Shown here one piece after another: positions 11,886 to 24,800 of a DNA stretch of 64,000 nt (positions are counted from its first letter, which is position 1; each line of letters begins with the position of its first letter). Location: assembly GCF_006345805.1 (NCBI RefSeq), contig NC_043000.1:103106001-103170000 (forward strand), read 5' to 3'. Under the pieces are notes generated by a model. It was not told where the DNA came from and ran no database searches. It saw only the letters and a program-made list of their open reading frames with translations. The position numbers and the translations under genes are program-made. The DNA comes from Octopus sinensis. Lineage: Eukaryota.

Positions 11886-13215
11886 CAATATAATGATACT
11901 CGCTGTCCAAGCAACTTAAATATATATATGTTATTACTGCTTTTATCAATCTTTGGAAGCATGAGAGAAGTCGGTTCTGACTGAAAATTGGTCACAGAAC
12001 GTAGAGGGACGAAGTTATTCAGTGTGGGGTAGTTCTAACGTTTATCTTAAATCACCGTCTTTCGATCTTATAATGAAGAGAGTTGGTGATGGTGGTAGAT
12101 CAAATTGATGATGATGATGATGATGGTGATGACAAAGGTGCCAGTTCTTAAGGGAACCAACCGTGTTACCTACCAATGACTTTCACGTGAAATGGCAGTC
12201 CATGGTAAAATAAATTCTTTGTTGCAAGATTTTTTTGGTGTGCAACTCTTTTTCAACGCTAGGGATATGATGATGGTGGTAGTGATGATGGCGATGACAA
12301 AGACGACTACGATGATGATGATGATGATGATGGCAGAGGTGTCAATGATTACAGGAATCAACCGTATTACGGAAGCATTCCGCTCAGGACAACCTTGCCG
12401 AAACCTAATAGCCATAACGCGAACCCTATTTTCCCATTCATGTCCCATGTTCAATGACTTCTGTATAGAATGGCAGTCATAAAACAAATATCACGCTCTG
12501 AAAATCCCCGTTACATAATTGCAAGACTTTTTTCAGGAGTGTAACCTTTCTACAATTCTGAAATGTGTATAAGCTTTTAAACCACTCGCGATGCGCTTTG
12601 ATAACTGTTTTAATCTGTTGTTTTTGAGACTAAATCAGTTTTCCCGAAAGAAATAGTATTAAAAACAAAATGGTTCCAACTATGATCTTTCAGTCTTTTA
12701 TTTTCAAGCAAAGTATATCTTGGATTATATTATCGAATATTTACTTACGAATGTTCATAATAAAAAAGAAAAAGGCGTTAAATATGTATTTTAAAGGAGA
12801 TTTGGTTGCTATTTCTTGACGGTTTCAGCATCTATTGAAGTGCTTCTCTTGTTAGCGTGTACTTGCAATTAATACATATACATGTATCAATTACACACAC
12901 ACACACACATACACACACGTATATGGGTACAGGACGTCACCAACGGTGCAAATAACATGAAATACGTAAACAAACGTGTTAAATACGTAAACAACGAGAA
13001 AAAAATGGAAAACAGGACAAGTGAACACAGAGAAAAGATCCTTCATCAGTTGTCGGCTATCTATCTACTCCTCATTTTGAGCATTCAACGACAATATAGA
13101 ACATCAAAAGTCAGGAGGTATGAGAGTATTATTCAACTACTTGTCATCTTTAGGATTATGGCCATTTCGCAACCTTCTTCATGTAATAATAATTTCTGAG
13201 TATAATAAATAATGG

Positions 13216-13466
13216 TGGAGGCGCGTGGCTTAGTGGTTAGGGTGTCAGCATCATGATCGTAAGATTGTGGTTTCGATTCCTGGACCGGGCGACGCGTTGT
13301 GTTCTTGAACAAAACACTTCATTTCACGTTGCTCCAGTCCACTCAGCTGGCAAAAAGGAGTAACGCTGCGATGGACGGGCGTCTCGTCAAGCTGGGGTAC
13401 ACATACGCCAAAGAAACCGGGAAACCGGGCCCATGAGCCTGGTTAGGCTTTAAAAGGGCGCATTTA
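13216..13466 (+). mobile_element. tRNA-head SINE, 5' module Y + 3' module P (V-domain-like gcgatggacgggcgtctcgtc)
   Basis: A-box tggcttagtggttagg and B-box ggtttcgattcc; tail aaaagggcgcat. Confidence 0.85.
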
Positions 13467-14214
13467 TATTATTTATTATGATAAATAATATTTACATGTT
13501 TGCACTAACATGCATCCTCTGCATTATACAATACAAATGTATATTTACAAACCAATGCAGATAAAAAAAGCCAGCTCATCCGATCACCTGAACATCGTAG
13601 TTATACCAGTCGTGGTTATACCAATCACGCACACACGCGCGCGCACATACACAAACACACATTTACATACATATGAACGCGCGGTCGTACATGCACACAC
13701 ACTCGTACATCCACACACATATATAGCAAGATAAATTGTAAGACACGGTGAGAGAGGGAGAGAGTAAGAACGAAAAAGGGAGTGAGAGAGAGAATTTGTC
13801 AACAGAATGTCGTTCATATTTCTGTTGATATATATTTCATGTGTATAAAGTTGTATGCGTGTAATAGTCTTAAAAAAATAGACACAAAATGCGTTGATTG
13901 AATAAATCTTTTTATACGTTCGTTGCAGGGATGTTGGGAAAATAAGGGATTATTAAGATTTGTACATATACAAGTTAAAAACAGTAGCTGATAGGAGGAT
14001 GAGCGAAAGCTGCGAAAAAATTACAGAAAATACTTAGTCAGCCAATTAGCTCTCCTTCAATTGAAATAGTCATACAATATAGGAAATAAAGGGGATCTTG
14101 ATGTTGTACAGCACTAAACTGTGAGATGAATTCCATAAAAAGTAGTACAAAATTTTCGAAATGTAACGTTTAATAGAAAGATGCCGGGAAAGTATTATTT
14201 GCAGCTAAATTATC

Positions 14215-14441
14215 TATGGCTGTGTGGTTAAGAAGTACGCTTCGCGACCACGAGGTTCCGGGTTCAGTCTCTCAACGCGGAATCTTAGGCAAGTCAAGTG
14301 TCTTCTACATAGCACTATAGCCTTGGGTTGACAGATGACTTGGGAGTGAATTTGGTAGATAGAAACTGTCAGAGACCTGTTTATGTATAAATGTGTGTGT
14401 GTTGTTGCAATGTGTGTGTGTGTGTGTGTGTATGTGTATGC

Positions 14442-14496
<55 letters not shown>

Positions 14497-14630
14497 CGTG
14501 TGTGTGTGTGTGTGTGTTTGTGCTTGTGCTTGGTAAGTTTACATCTCTGTATCATAGCGGTTCGGTAAAAGATACTGTAAGATAAGTAGCAATCTAAAAA
14601 TAAGTAGTGGGATCGATTTGTTCAGCAAAA
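14215..14630 (+). mobile_element. Older SINE family C copy with an internal (TG)n tract
   Basis: ggctgtgtggttaagaag head, cttaggcaagt CORE-like block, and a 3' half matching 29130. Interrupted near the Helitron. Confidence 0.75.
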
Positions 14631-14644
14631 TGGTTGCTATCTAA

Positions 14645-15033
14645 TCTATATATATAAAGCTGAAGTTGTCTGTGTGTGGCATGTTTGGTAGCCTTCAACT
14701 AACACTATCTCCTCCGAGACCTTGCGGCACAAGTTGACCAAAATTGAGAGTATGTTAGAAGGCTTACTCTTCATTCCGTAGAAGATAAAATTCAAATCGG
14801 ACAATGTTAACACCAAACATTATTTACATCAAAAAGGTGGGGGTTTTTTCTATGAAAATCCCTATTTCTTACGATTTTTTTACTGCTGTGTCGCCATTTT
14901 TCGGTGTATTTCAACCAGAAAAATGTTCACTTAAAGAGAATAACAAGCTACATAATGCAAAATTTTTACTTTTCAAAAATTCCAATTCTAAAGGGTCGAA
15001 ACAAATCCGACCAACGCCGAGCGATACTGCTAG
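14645..15033 (+). mobile_element. Non-autonomous Helitron
   Basis: A|TCTATATATATAAA 5' end; degenerate GC hairpin then CTAG|T 3' end; inserted in AT with no TSD. Confidence 0.85.
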
Positions 15034-17229
15034 TAGCTGAAATAACTAAAACAATTGAAGATACACAGACATACGCGCGCGCTCACTCACGCGCGCGCTC
15101 ACTCACGCGCGCAAACACACACACACACACAAGTATAAATTGTGAGTCAATTCGAATTCTTTGATTGATAATTGAATGGCATTCTTATTATCAAAAATTA
15201 AACTTTAAACTTGTAAGTCAATTAAATTTAAAATGAATAGTGGCATACCGTACTCAAAAGTACTTTTTACCCAATCTGGCAATTCTGGTTTAATCCCAAG
15301 TCAAACCTGATCGAGCAAATCTGTTGTGAAAGACACCTATAACAATTTATTTTTATGTTGTTTTCTTTTTTTAGGTCTACGTTATTCAGTGCGGAGGCAC
15401 ATGGCCTAGTGATTAGGGCAGCGGACTCGTGGTCGAGGGATCGCGGGTTCGAATCTCAGACTGAGCGATGTGTGTGTCCAACTGGTATTCATTTTATCGA
15501 CCCCGAAAGGATAACAGGCGAAGTCGACCGTGACGGAATTTGAACTTAGAGCATAAACACAGACGAAGTGCCGCCAAGCATTTTGCCCAGTGTGCTAACG
15601 ATTCTGCCAGCTCGCCACCTTATTAACGAAATATATATTCTCTTAATGTTTCGATGTTCCAGAATATTCTGCTGATGAAAAAAGAGAGGAAAATTCATTT
15701 AGATTGAATAACGTAGGCATATGTGTCTGTTTTATGGTAGTTATGACTACAGAAAAGAAATAAATTTGTTCAAAAATTTTGAATGATATTGATATTTTAA
15801 AGGCGGGGAAGGTTTGTTAAAGTAGAGAAATATAAACACTTTTGTTTTCCGTTGATGAAATATTGTTCATACAATATTTATAAATTTATGAAGATGTTAA
15901 AGATTTATCAGACGATAACTTCATATAACTTGATAGAAATTGGTCGTTGTCCAATCGTATATGTCTCACAATGGTCAAAGAGAACTTCTTTGTCTTATAT
16001 TACATTAATTTTTAATTATATTAGTTTTAACTACACAGAATTTCGACACCTATAAACAGAACAACGATTCACTGGTAAACAATTAATTAATTACAGACTT
16101 TACAGTATCAGTTTTGAATTCGATTAGAGTTTATTTCTCTAATAGTAATATCTTCAGTATTGTTGGCCTACCGGAATGGAACAAGATATTTCACCCTCAC
16201 AAACGTAATTTATCGCTAAGCAGACACCAGAAGTTTTCGTGGGAAACTGAAGAAAAAGGTGACAATAGGGAACAACTGATAAATTTTTCAGAATATTTTT
16301 TGGCCTCCTATTTAAATATCGATTTCAAATTTTGGCATAAGGTCAATAAATTAGTGGAGTTAAACCCAGTGTTCAACTGGTACTTATTTTATTGGCCCCG
16401 AAAGGATGAAAGGCAAGATCGACCTCTGCGGAATTTGAACTCAGAACGTAAAGACGGACGAAATGCTGCTAAGCATTTTGCCCAGCGTGCTAACGATTCT
16501 GCCAGCTCACTGACTTTGTCATATTTAAATATTGTTTTGGAACAAGGCCGGCAATTCTGGGGGAGGGATAGGTCGATTAGATCTATCTAATCAGCTGGTG
16601 CTAATTGTATCGACTCCGAAAGGATGAAGAGTGAAGTTGACTTCTGCGAAATTTTAACTTGGAACCCCGAAATTTTAACTCAGTGACAACATGAAGGCTC
16701 CTTCGTTGCACTGAAGGAGCCTTCATGTTATCGCTTGATGTCAAAGAAATAACAACTAAATTTCGCTCAAATTTTTCTTTACTTGTAAAAAGGAAGTGCA
16801 CATTGGACAATATAATCTTAGATACACTAGGTCTGATTAAAAGACAAGATAGTCGAGGCTGTAATACAGTTTATCTATAGGTTTGTTCTATTAGGGATGG
16901 CCTAGAGCAACGCCACGAAAATAACGATGGCTGTAAGTACTTTATTCATTTATTGTTCCTTTGAGTAGATGTCAAGTTGGGACGCGAATTGGCAGAATCT
17001 TAGAGTGTTGGATATGATTTCTCGTAGTATTTGTGCAGATTCTCATGTTGCTGAGTTCAAATCCCGCCGGGATCAGCTTTGCCTTTCATCCTTTTGGACT
17101 CGATCAGAAAAGTACCAATTCAAGTTAGTAGGTTGGTGGAATTGTTACAAATTCAGACGAGATGCCTTGTGATATTTTTCCCGGCTGATTGCAGTCTGAC
17201 AGCGACGTCAGTGACGAAACTGGTGCAAA

Positions 17230-17520
17230 ACTGTATCAGCTCAAGTCTATGACATTTTCTTAATATCAGTGACGCGAAGAAAAGGGAGTTGCATGCATGA
17301 GCAACCGCTAGTTTTTTTTCAAAATATCTTACCCAGACCTGCACACACATGTGCGGACGTACGTTCGCTATTGACAGATTATATCCTACATTTGGCGCTA
17401 ATATAAAGCAACTGGCCACTCATTATATGTTTAGCACATCCTGTACCTGTTAGCAACATCTATCTCTTGAACCGTACATGTTTAAAGAAGTGTAGTCTTT
17501 AGTACTCTGGTCCTCTACTG
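17230..17520 (-). pseudogene. CR1/L2-type LINE RT C-terminal relic
   Basis: NLSIANVRPHMCVQVWVRYFEKK resembles the conserved LY...VRPHLEYCVQ.W.PY.KK motif; heavily degraded. Confidence 0.5.
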
Positions 17521-17669
17521 CAAGGAATACTGTATTTGTCTCTGTATAAGACATGCTCTCGTATCAGACAAACAACTAATTTTCTGTGGGAAAATATATT
17601 TTTGAAGAAAAAACAAATTTAATGATTCATCATATCTTCATACACTTGGTATCCCATCCTTAATGCTGT

Positions 17670-17671
17670 CG

Positions 17672-17753
<82 letters not shown>

Positions 17754-18058
17754 GGCTACTGCTAACACTTTCATCCTCACGGAGACGATAAAATATAGTA
17801 CCAGTGATGCACTGGAGATCAATGGTATTGGCTAACTCTCTCTCTCTCTCATCAAAATTCTCTCCAGTTCTTATCGTTCTGCGTTCGAATCTCCTTGAGG
17901 TCATCTTTTTTCTTCAGCCTTTCGGGGACGACGAAATAAAGTATCAGCTCAGTCAGTATAAGGATGAATTTAACCCAGCTAATTTTCTTTGATGCTATGT
18001 TAGGAACAACGGTTGTTGCTGTTGTTGTTGTTGTTGCTGTTGGTGGTGGTGGTGGTAG

Positions 18059-18089
<31 letters not shown>

Positions 18090-18871
18090 GGTGTTGGTGG
18101 TGGTATCGCCGTCGTTAGTAATAAGTTAATGTAATCATGAAGACTGGTGAAAGCAGAGGCGCCTATATTGTGAAGCATTGAAGGCAACAATAATGGTAGC
18201 GATGAAAGGTAGCTGATGGCGTCAAGATTGATTGGAAAGGTGATGCGGTGGCTGTCAATGAGGATGACGACATTGTTGGGTGTCACTGAAGAATTGCTTC
18301 AATAGCAATGACGATACAACCACCGCACCACCATCACCACCAGCACCATCATCACCATCACCACAACTACCACCACTACCATCACCACTACCACCACCAC
18401 CCTCCACCACCACCACCACAACTACCACCACCACCACTACAACTACTACCACCAACACCACTACAACTACTACCACCAACACCGCAACTACCACCACCAC
18501 CACCACCACCACCACCACCACATCACCATCACCACTACCACAACAGCAACAACAAAACAACAACAATAACAGCCATAACGACGATGATGATGACGGTGAG
18601 AAAGACAAACAACTTTGGTAGGAAACCACCATCATCATCATCATCATCATCATCATTATGATCATCTCCGTCGTCGTCGTCGTCGTCATCATGAAACATC
18701 ACCACCAACATCACTGCTGCTGCCACCACCACCGCCATCACCATCACCACTGCTACTGCTGCTGCTACCGCTGTTGCAAATATCAGCATCACCAGCGCCA
18801 GACGTGACATCAACTACTGCAATTAACTCATCAACAGTATTAGCAACACCAACAATAAAAAAAAACTAATA

Positions 18872-18904
<33 letters not shown>

Positions 18905-18925
18905 GTGCTAATGATGATGACGATG

Positions 18926-18965
<40 letters not shown>

Positions 18966-18982
18966 TAATAATAATAATAATG

Positions 18983-19026
<44 letters not shown>

Positions 19027-19107
19027 TAATAATAGCAGTAATAATAATAGCAATAATAATAATAATAATAGTAATATAATAATAATAATAATAGTAATAA
19101 TATAATA

Positions 19108-19155
<48 letters not shown>

Positions 19156-19306
19156 GCAGTAATAATAATAGCAATAATAATAATAATAATAGTAATATAA
19201 TAATAATAATAATAGTAATAATAATAATAAATAATAATAATAATAATAATAATAATAGCAGTATAATAATAATAGTAATAAAGATAATATAATAATAGTA
19301 ATAAAG

Positions 19307-19353
<47 letters not shown>

Positions 19354-19418
19354 TAATAATAGCAGTAATAATAATAGCAATAATAATAATAATAATAGTA
19401 ATAATGATAATAATAATA

Positions 19419-19462
<44 letters not shown>

Positions 19463-19527
19463 TAATAATAATAATAGCAGTAATAATAATAATAATAAAT
19501 AATATAGCAGTAATAATAATAATAATG

Positions 19528-19564
<37 letters not shown>

Positions 19565-19591
19565 TAATAATAATAATAAATAATAATAGCA

Positions 19592-19633
<42 letters not shown>

Positions 19634-19645
19634 GTAATAATGATA
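17670..19645. repeat. Compound trinucleotide microsatellite field: (CTA/CTG)n, (TTG/GGT)n, (ACC)n, (CAT)n and a ~770-bp (AAT)n array
   Basis: Direct reading. Confidence 0.95.
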
Positions 19646-20724
19646 GAATACCACTAACTTCTATTGATGAAAATTTTGAAGATGAACATAAGCAGATGTG
19701 AAAGCACACGTACACACACATGAACACACACACATGCACACACACACATGAACACACACACACACACTCACAGTAAGTACACATACACACACACACACAC
19801 AGACGGTTCATACTCATACTCCTTCCTGCATGGCAATACATACGCACCGACATTACAATAAGACAGGGTTGAAACGAAGGAAATATTTGAAAGGTAAACA
19901 ATATTAACGTATGACAAGTTTATTATGTGTCTCTCAAAGAAGATGGAAATGTTCATCACCCCCTCCCCCCCACACACACACGTATATTCATACACAGACA
20001 TACACATACAATACGAGCGCACAAACCATTTTTGTCTTCTAACAATAACTATTTCATGAAGTTCATTTTTACTCAATATGTTCCAACAACTAAATAGTAT
20101 TAGAGAATGGTATTTTTGATCCTGTGAGAAAGAAATTTAGAAAAATAAAGAAACACATATACACACACAACCACATACAACCACACATATACACACACAC
20201 ACACACACATACAAGCACGTATATGCGTACACACCATTTATTTTTTTTGCGTTCATCTAACAATAACCATGTTTTAAACTTCATTTTTTACTCAAAGAAT
20301 ATTTCAAGAACTGAAGCCATTACAAAATGGTAATTTTAATAATTGGAACATCAAATTTACAGACACACGCACGACGCTCGTGCACACACATACACACGCA
20401 TGCACTCACAACACACACGCACAAATACGCAGGCGCACGCGCACACACGCTCTCGCAAACACGCACACACGCGTGCACACACACGCACAAGCATAAAGAC
20501 ATACCAACACAAACACCTAGCGCCGTGTTATTCATGTGTGAATCGCTTTGGAAATTTAACAGCAGACATAATAACAATATAAAGGAAAAAAGAAAATATT
20601 TCACTGTTTCTATATTTTTTATTCTCTTTATCTTATTTATCTTTTGGTTTTACTGGCTTCAGTCATTGGACTGCGACCATTCTGGGGCACTGCCGTGAAG
20701 GGTGTAAGTCAAGCAAATCAACCT

Positions 20725-21150
20725 CTCTTTACTCTTTACTTGTTTCAGTCATGTGACTGTGGCCATACTGGAGCACCGCTTTTAGTCGAGCAAATCGACC
20801 CCAGGACTTATTCGTTGTAAGTCTAGTACTTATTCCATCGGTCTCTTTTGCCGAACTGCTAAGTTACGGAGACGTAAATACACCAGCATCGGTTGTCAAG
20901 CGATGTTGGGGTGGCAAACACAGGCACACAAACATATACACACACATACATACATACATACATACATACATACATACATACATACATACATACATACATA
21001 CATACACACACACACATATATATATATATACACATATATACGACGGGCTTCTTTCAGTTTCCGTCTACCAAATCCACTCACAATGCTTTGGTCGGCCCGA
21101 GGCTATAGTAGAAGACACTTGCCCGAGGTGCCACACAGTGGAACCGAACC
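20725..21150 (-). mobile_element. SINE family C with an internal (CATA)n tract, 5'-truncated
   Basis: Matches the full copies at 29130 and 37280. Confidence 0.85.
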
Positions 21151-21378
21151 CGGAGAATACGCCTATTGTTCACATATTGTAAGTCTGGTAGTTATTACAT
21201 GGGTATATTACCAAAATGCTTGTTTACGGAAATATAAACAAACCACACCAGTTGTTGTTAATGTTTGTTTTTGTGTTTAGTTATAATAAAAACAATTTTA
21301 CATTAATCTGAAAGGTTAATTGGCTGAAACTTCGAAGTCATTATCAACAATATTCTTGATTAAGAATAAACACACACG

Positions 21379-21469
<91 letters not shown>

Positions 21470-21810
21470 TACGACGGGCTTCTTTCAGTTTCCGTCTACC
21501 AAATCCACTCACAATGCTTTGGTCGGCCCGAGGCTATAGTAGAAGACACTTGCCCGAGGTGCCACACAGTGGAACCGAACCCGGAGAATACGCCTATTGT
21601 TCACATATTGTAAGTCTGGTAGTTATTACATGGGTATATTACCAAAATGCTTGTTTACGGAAATATAAACAAACCAACACCAGTTGTTGTTAATGTTTGT
21701 TTTTGTGTTTAGTTATAATAAAAACAATTTTACATTAATCTGAAAGGTTAATTGGCTGAAACTTCGAAGTCATTATCAACAATATTCTTGATTAAGAATA
21801 AACACACACG

Positions 21811-21900
<90 letters not shown>
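21005..21900. repeat. ~431-bp near-perfect tandem duplication
   Basis: The unique cores 21041-21370 and 21472-21802 differ by one visible indel. Confidence 0.95.
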
Positions 21901-21902
<2 letters not shown>

Positions 21903-22135
21903 GGACTCTCCCGTCGTTAGACGACGTAATAGGGTTCGACAATTTCTTACCGAACAACCACACATTTGTTTATAGCGATCAAATGCTTGTGTAGTCATAA
22001 GCTCACTCCTTTCATCAGATTGACAACGGGTGCCGCATGTTAGATGACGAAATGATCGCAGAGCAACGTGAATTGAAGTGGTTTGCTCAAGAGCATAACG
22101 CAACGCTCCGGTCTGGGAATCGAACCCACGAAGTT
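21903..22135 (-). mobile_element. SINE, 5' module Y + third tail type R
   Basis: Minus strand gggttcgattcccagaccgg...cacgttgct followed by a tail ending gtcgtctaacgacgggagagtcc. Confidence 0.65.
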
Positions 22136-22626
22136 GTGTAAAGTATCTTATATACATATACTACGGGCTTCTCCACTCACAAGAAATTGGTCAGGCCGGC
22201 CCTGAGCTTTAGCAGAAGGCACTTGCCCAAGTAATGCGCAGTGGAAATGAACCCGAAACAGCGTGGTTGTAAAACGAGCATCTTAATCACACAGCCATTC
22301 CTAAAAGGATTTTATAAAAAATATTTTGAAAGAAAAGAATAATTTTTCTAACTTAGGCACAAAGCCACAAATTGGCGAGGTGGTTTTAGATTAAATTCAT
22401 TTCAATATCTGAGTGATATTTTATTTCATCGATCCCGAAAAATGAAAAGTAAAGTCGACTTCTAAGAAGTTTGAACACAAAGGGCTGCAACAAATACTAC
22501 AGGGCATTTTATCTGATCCCCTATCAATTCTCATAACCCAACGCTTTAATGAATTTTTATATAAACTGAAGTTTAAAAATTACAGACTACCGGGATAACA
22601 GTTGATTATACTAACCCGAGTATATA

Positions 22627-22863
22627 TATTTCTTTACTACCCACAAGGGGCTAAACACAGAGGGGATAAACAAGGACAGACAAAGGGATTAAGTCGACTA
22701 CATCGACCCCAGTGCGTAACTGGTACTTAATTTATCGACCCCGAAAGGATGAAAGGCAAAGTCGGCATCGGCGGAATTTGAACTCGGAACGTAACGACAG
22801 ACGAAATACGGCTACGAATTTCGCCCGGCGTGCTAACGTTTCTACCAGCTCGCCGCCTTTATA
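22627..22863 (-). mobile_element. SINE family A
   Basis: 15-bp TSD taacccgagtatata at 22612-22626 and 22864-22878. Confidence 0.92.
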
Positions 22864-23324
22864 TAACCCGAGTATATAACTAATGCTTTGTTGTTACCAT
22901 CCACAGAAGGGTGGCGGCTAAATACTAAAAGGTATTTTGTGCAATGCTGTGGGGAGTCTACCAGTCTATATTCAATAGTAATAATAAAACATTCTGATTT
23001 AGGCACAAGGCTAGCAATTTTCATGTGTGACAGCTACTCGGAACTACTTTATCGATGCCGAAAGGATGAAAGGCAAGTTAACATCTGCTGGTTTCGAACT
23101 GAAGATGAAAATTGGGGAAAAAATTCTGCAAGACATATAAAATATTTGTTAAAATCTATGAGCAATAAATTACTTATGCTTTTACAATGCACCAAATGTT
23201 TTAGCATTTTTTTTTAAACACAAGTCCTAATAATAATTCTAATAATTCTAATAATAATTCTAAAAATATAATAGGATGCTTTAAACATCGAATGGCTAGG
23301 AGGGCCCACCGGAGTATAATAGTA

Positions 23325-23365
23325 ATCAAAGGGGTCCATAGGCAAGAAAAGGTTGAGAACTACTG
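23325..23365 (+). mobile_element. Orphan hAT-Charlie 3' terminus
   Basis: ggggtccataggcaagaaaaggttgagaactactg is a typical Charlie right end; no left end found. Confidence 0.6.
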
Positions 23366-24744
23366 ATGTGGAGAATTCATCATTTGTTCGTAATTATGGA
23401 TGTGATTATCAGAAGGTGCCAAAAACAAGGAAGAAATACTTGAAAAAATATATTTAACAATAAAATTTCAAGATGAAAATGAAATAAATATTTCCTATGA
23501 TATAATACAATATAAAAAAAACTAAAGCTAAAATAAATATGTCATGGAATATTTTCTATTCTCTAATAAAAAAAAAAAACTAAGATGAATACTTTCTATA
23601 ATAAATTATAAAATAAAAGCTAGAAATCAAAGCAAATAATGACAAAATGTAATAAATAAAATATAAAAATAAAATGTTATAAAAGATTAAAAATATCTAT
23701 TTAATAAATAATATAATAAAATATAAAAGAGTTAAAATAAAGCAACCTAAATGTTTTCTATTACAAAATTTTAAAAAACGTTTGAAGAAAATGGAGAAAT
23801 AAATCTCAACAAATTTACTGAGTAATCGAAAGTTGTGTAAAGTATCATGTAATTGTTTCCTCTGCTATAGAACCCTAACAACCATTTTTCACTTTCCCTA
23901 ACACTCTGTAGACAATTATTTATTTATTTTGTTATTTAAATATTTGTATTTTTTTAAAATCGTTTATTTATTTTTGCTTGTTAGTTTAGTTGTTTATTTA
24001 CTTGGGTGTTGATTTATTTGTTAAAATTTTCTTTATTTCTTTTCACTCAACTTACTCACTTATACAGGTGAAATTCGTTATAGACGTTTTTTTCCCCTCC
24101 CTCTTACAGTAGAAGCAATAATAGTCGCAGAGATAGTAGCTGCAGCAATAGCAGTAGCAGCAGATGCAGTAGCAGCAGCAGCAGCAACAACAGCAACGGT
24201 AGCAGCTGAAGCTGTTTCAACCATAGTACTACCTTCAGTAAAAAAAATAATAGCGGTTAACAGTAGTACCAACAGGGGCATAATCAGTAGTTTTAATAGT
24301 AGCAGCAACAGGAGCAACAACAACAACAATAGCAGAAGTAGCAATAGCAGCAGTAACAGCAACAGCAGCGGCAGTAGTAACAACAATAGTAGTAGTAATT
24401 GCTGCACTTGTATTAGTTGTATCTTCTGTCATGTTTGTCACATAAGCAACACCAAATGCATAAATAGGTACAATAATAGCAGTCACAAAAACACCGATAA
24501 CAGAGACCAAGCACCATTACAACAATAGCAGCAGTTGTAGTAGTTACCAAAGTTGTTATATTTTTCAGTCAGGCAAAGGACACATCTATTTAATCCGTTA
24601 ACGTTAGGACTGCAATTATATTTGTGTCGGTGGAATACTTCTTCACATTCCCAATATATCGAGACAAGGTAGTAGAGTACTTTTATGTTTGAATTGAAGA
24701 AATAGACATTTCCATATCTTCAGATCCTGGTTGAAACATATATC

Positions 24745-24800
24745 ATTCTTAAGAATATGATATTCTTAAGAATATGACATTCTTAAGAATATGACATTCG
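24745..24800. repeat. 17-bp minisatellite x3 containing the palindrome ATTCTTAAGAAT
   Basis: Units at 24745, 24762 and 24779. Confidence 0.95.

Noticed and set aside
24235-24510. Thr/Ala/Val-rich membrane- or mucin-like ORF
   Set aside because: Decayed (AGC/AAC/AGT)n repeat on the opposite strand; no homology or splice support.
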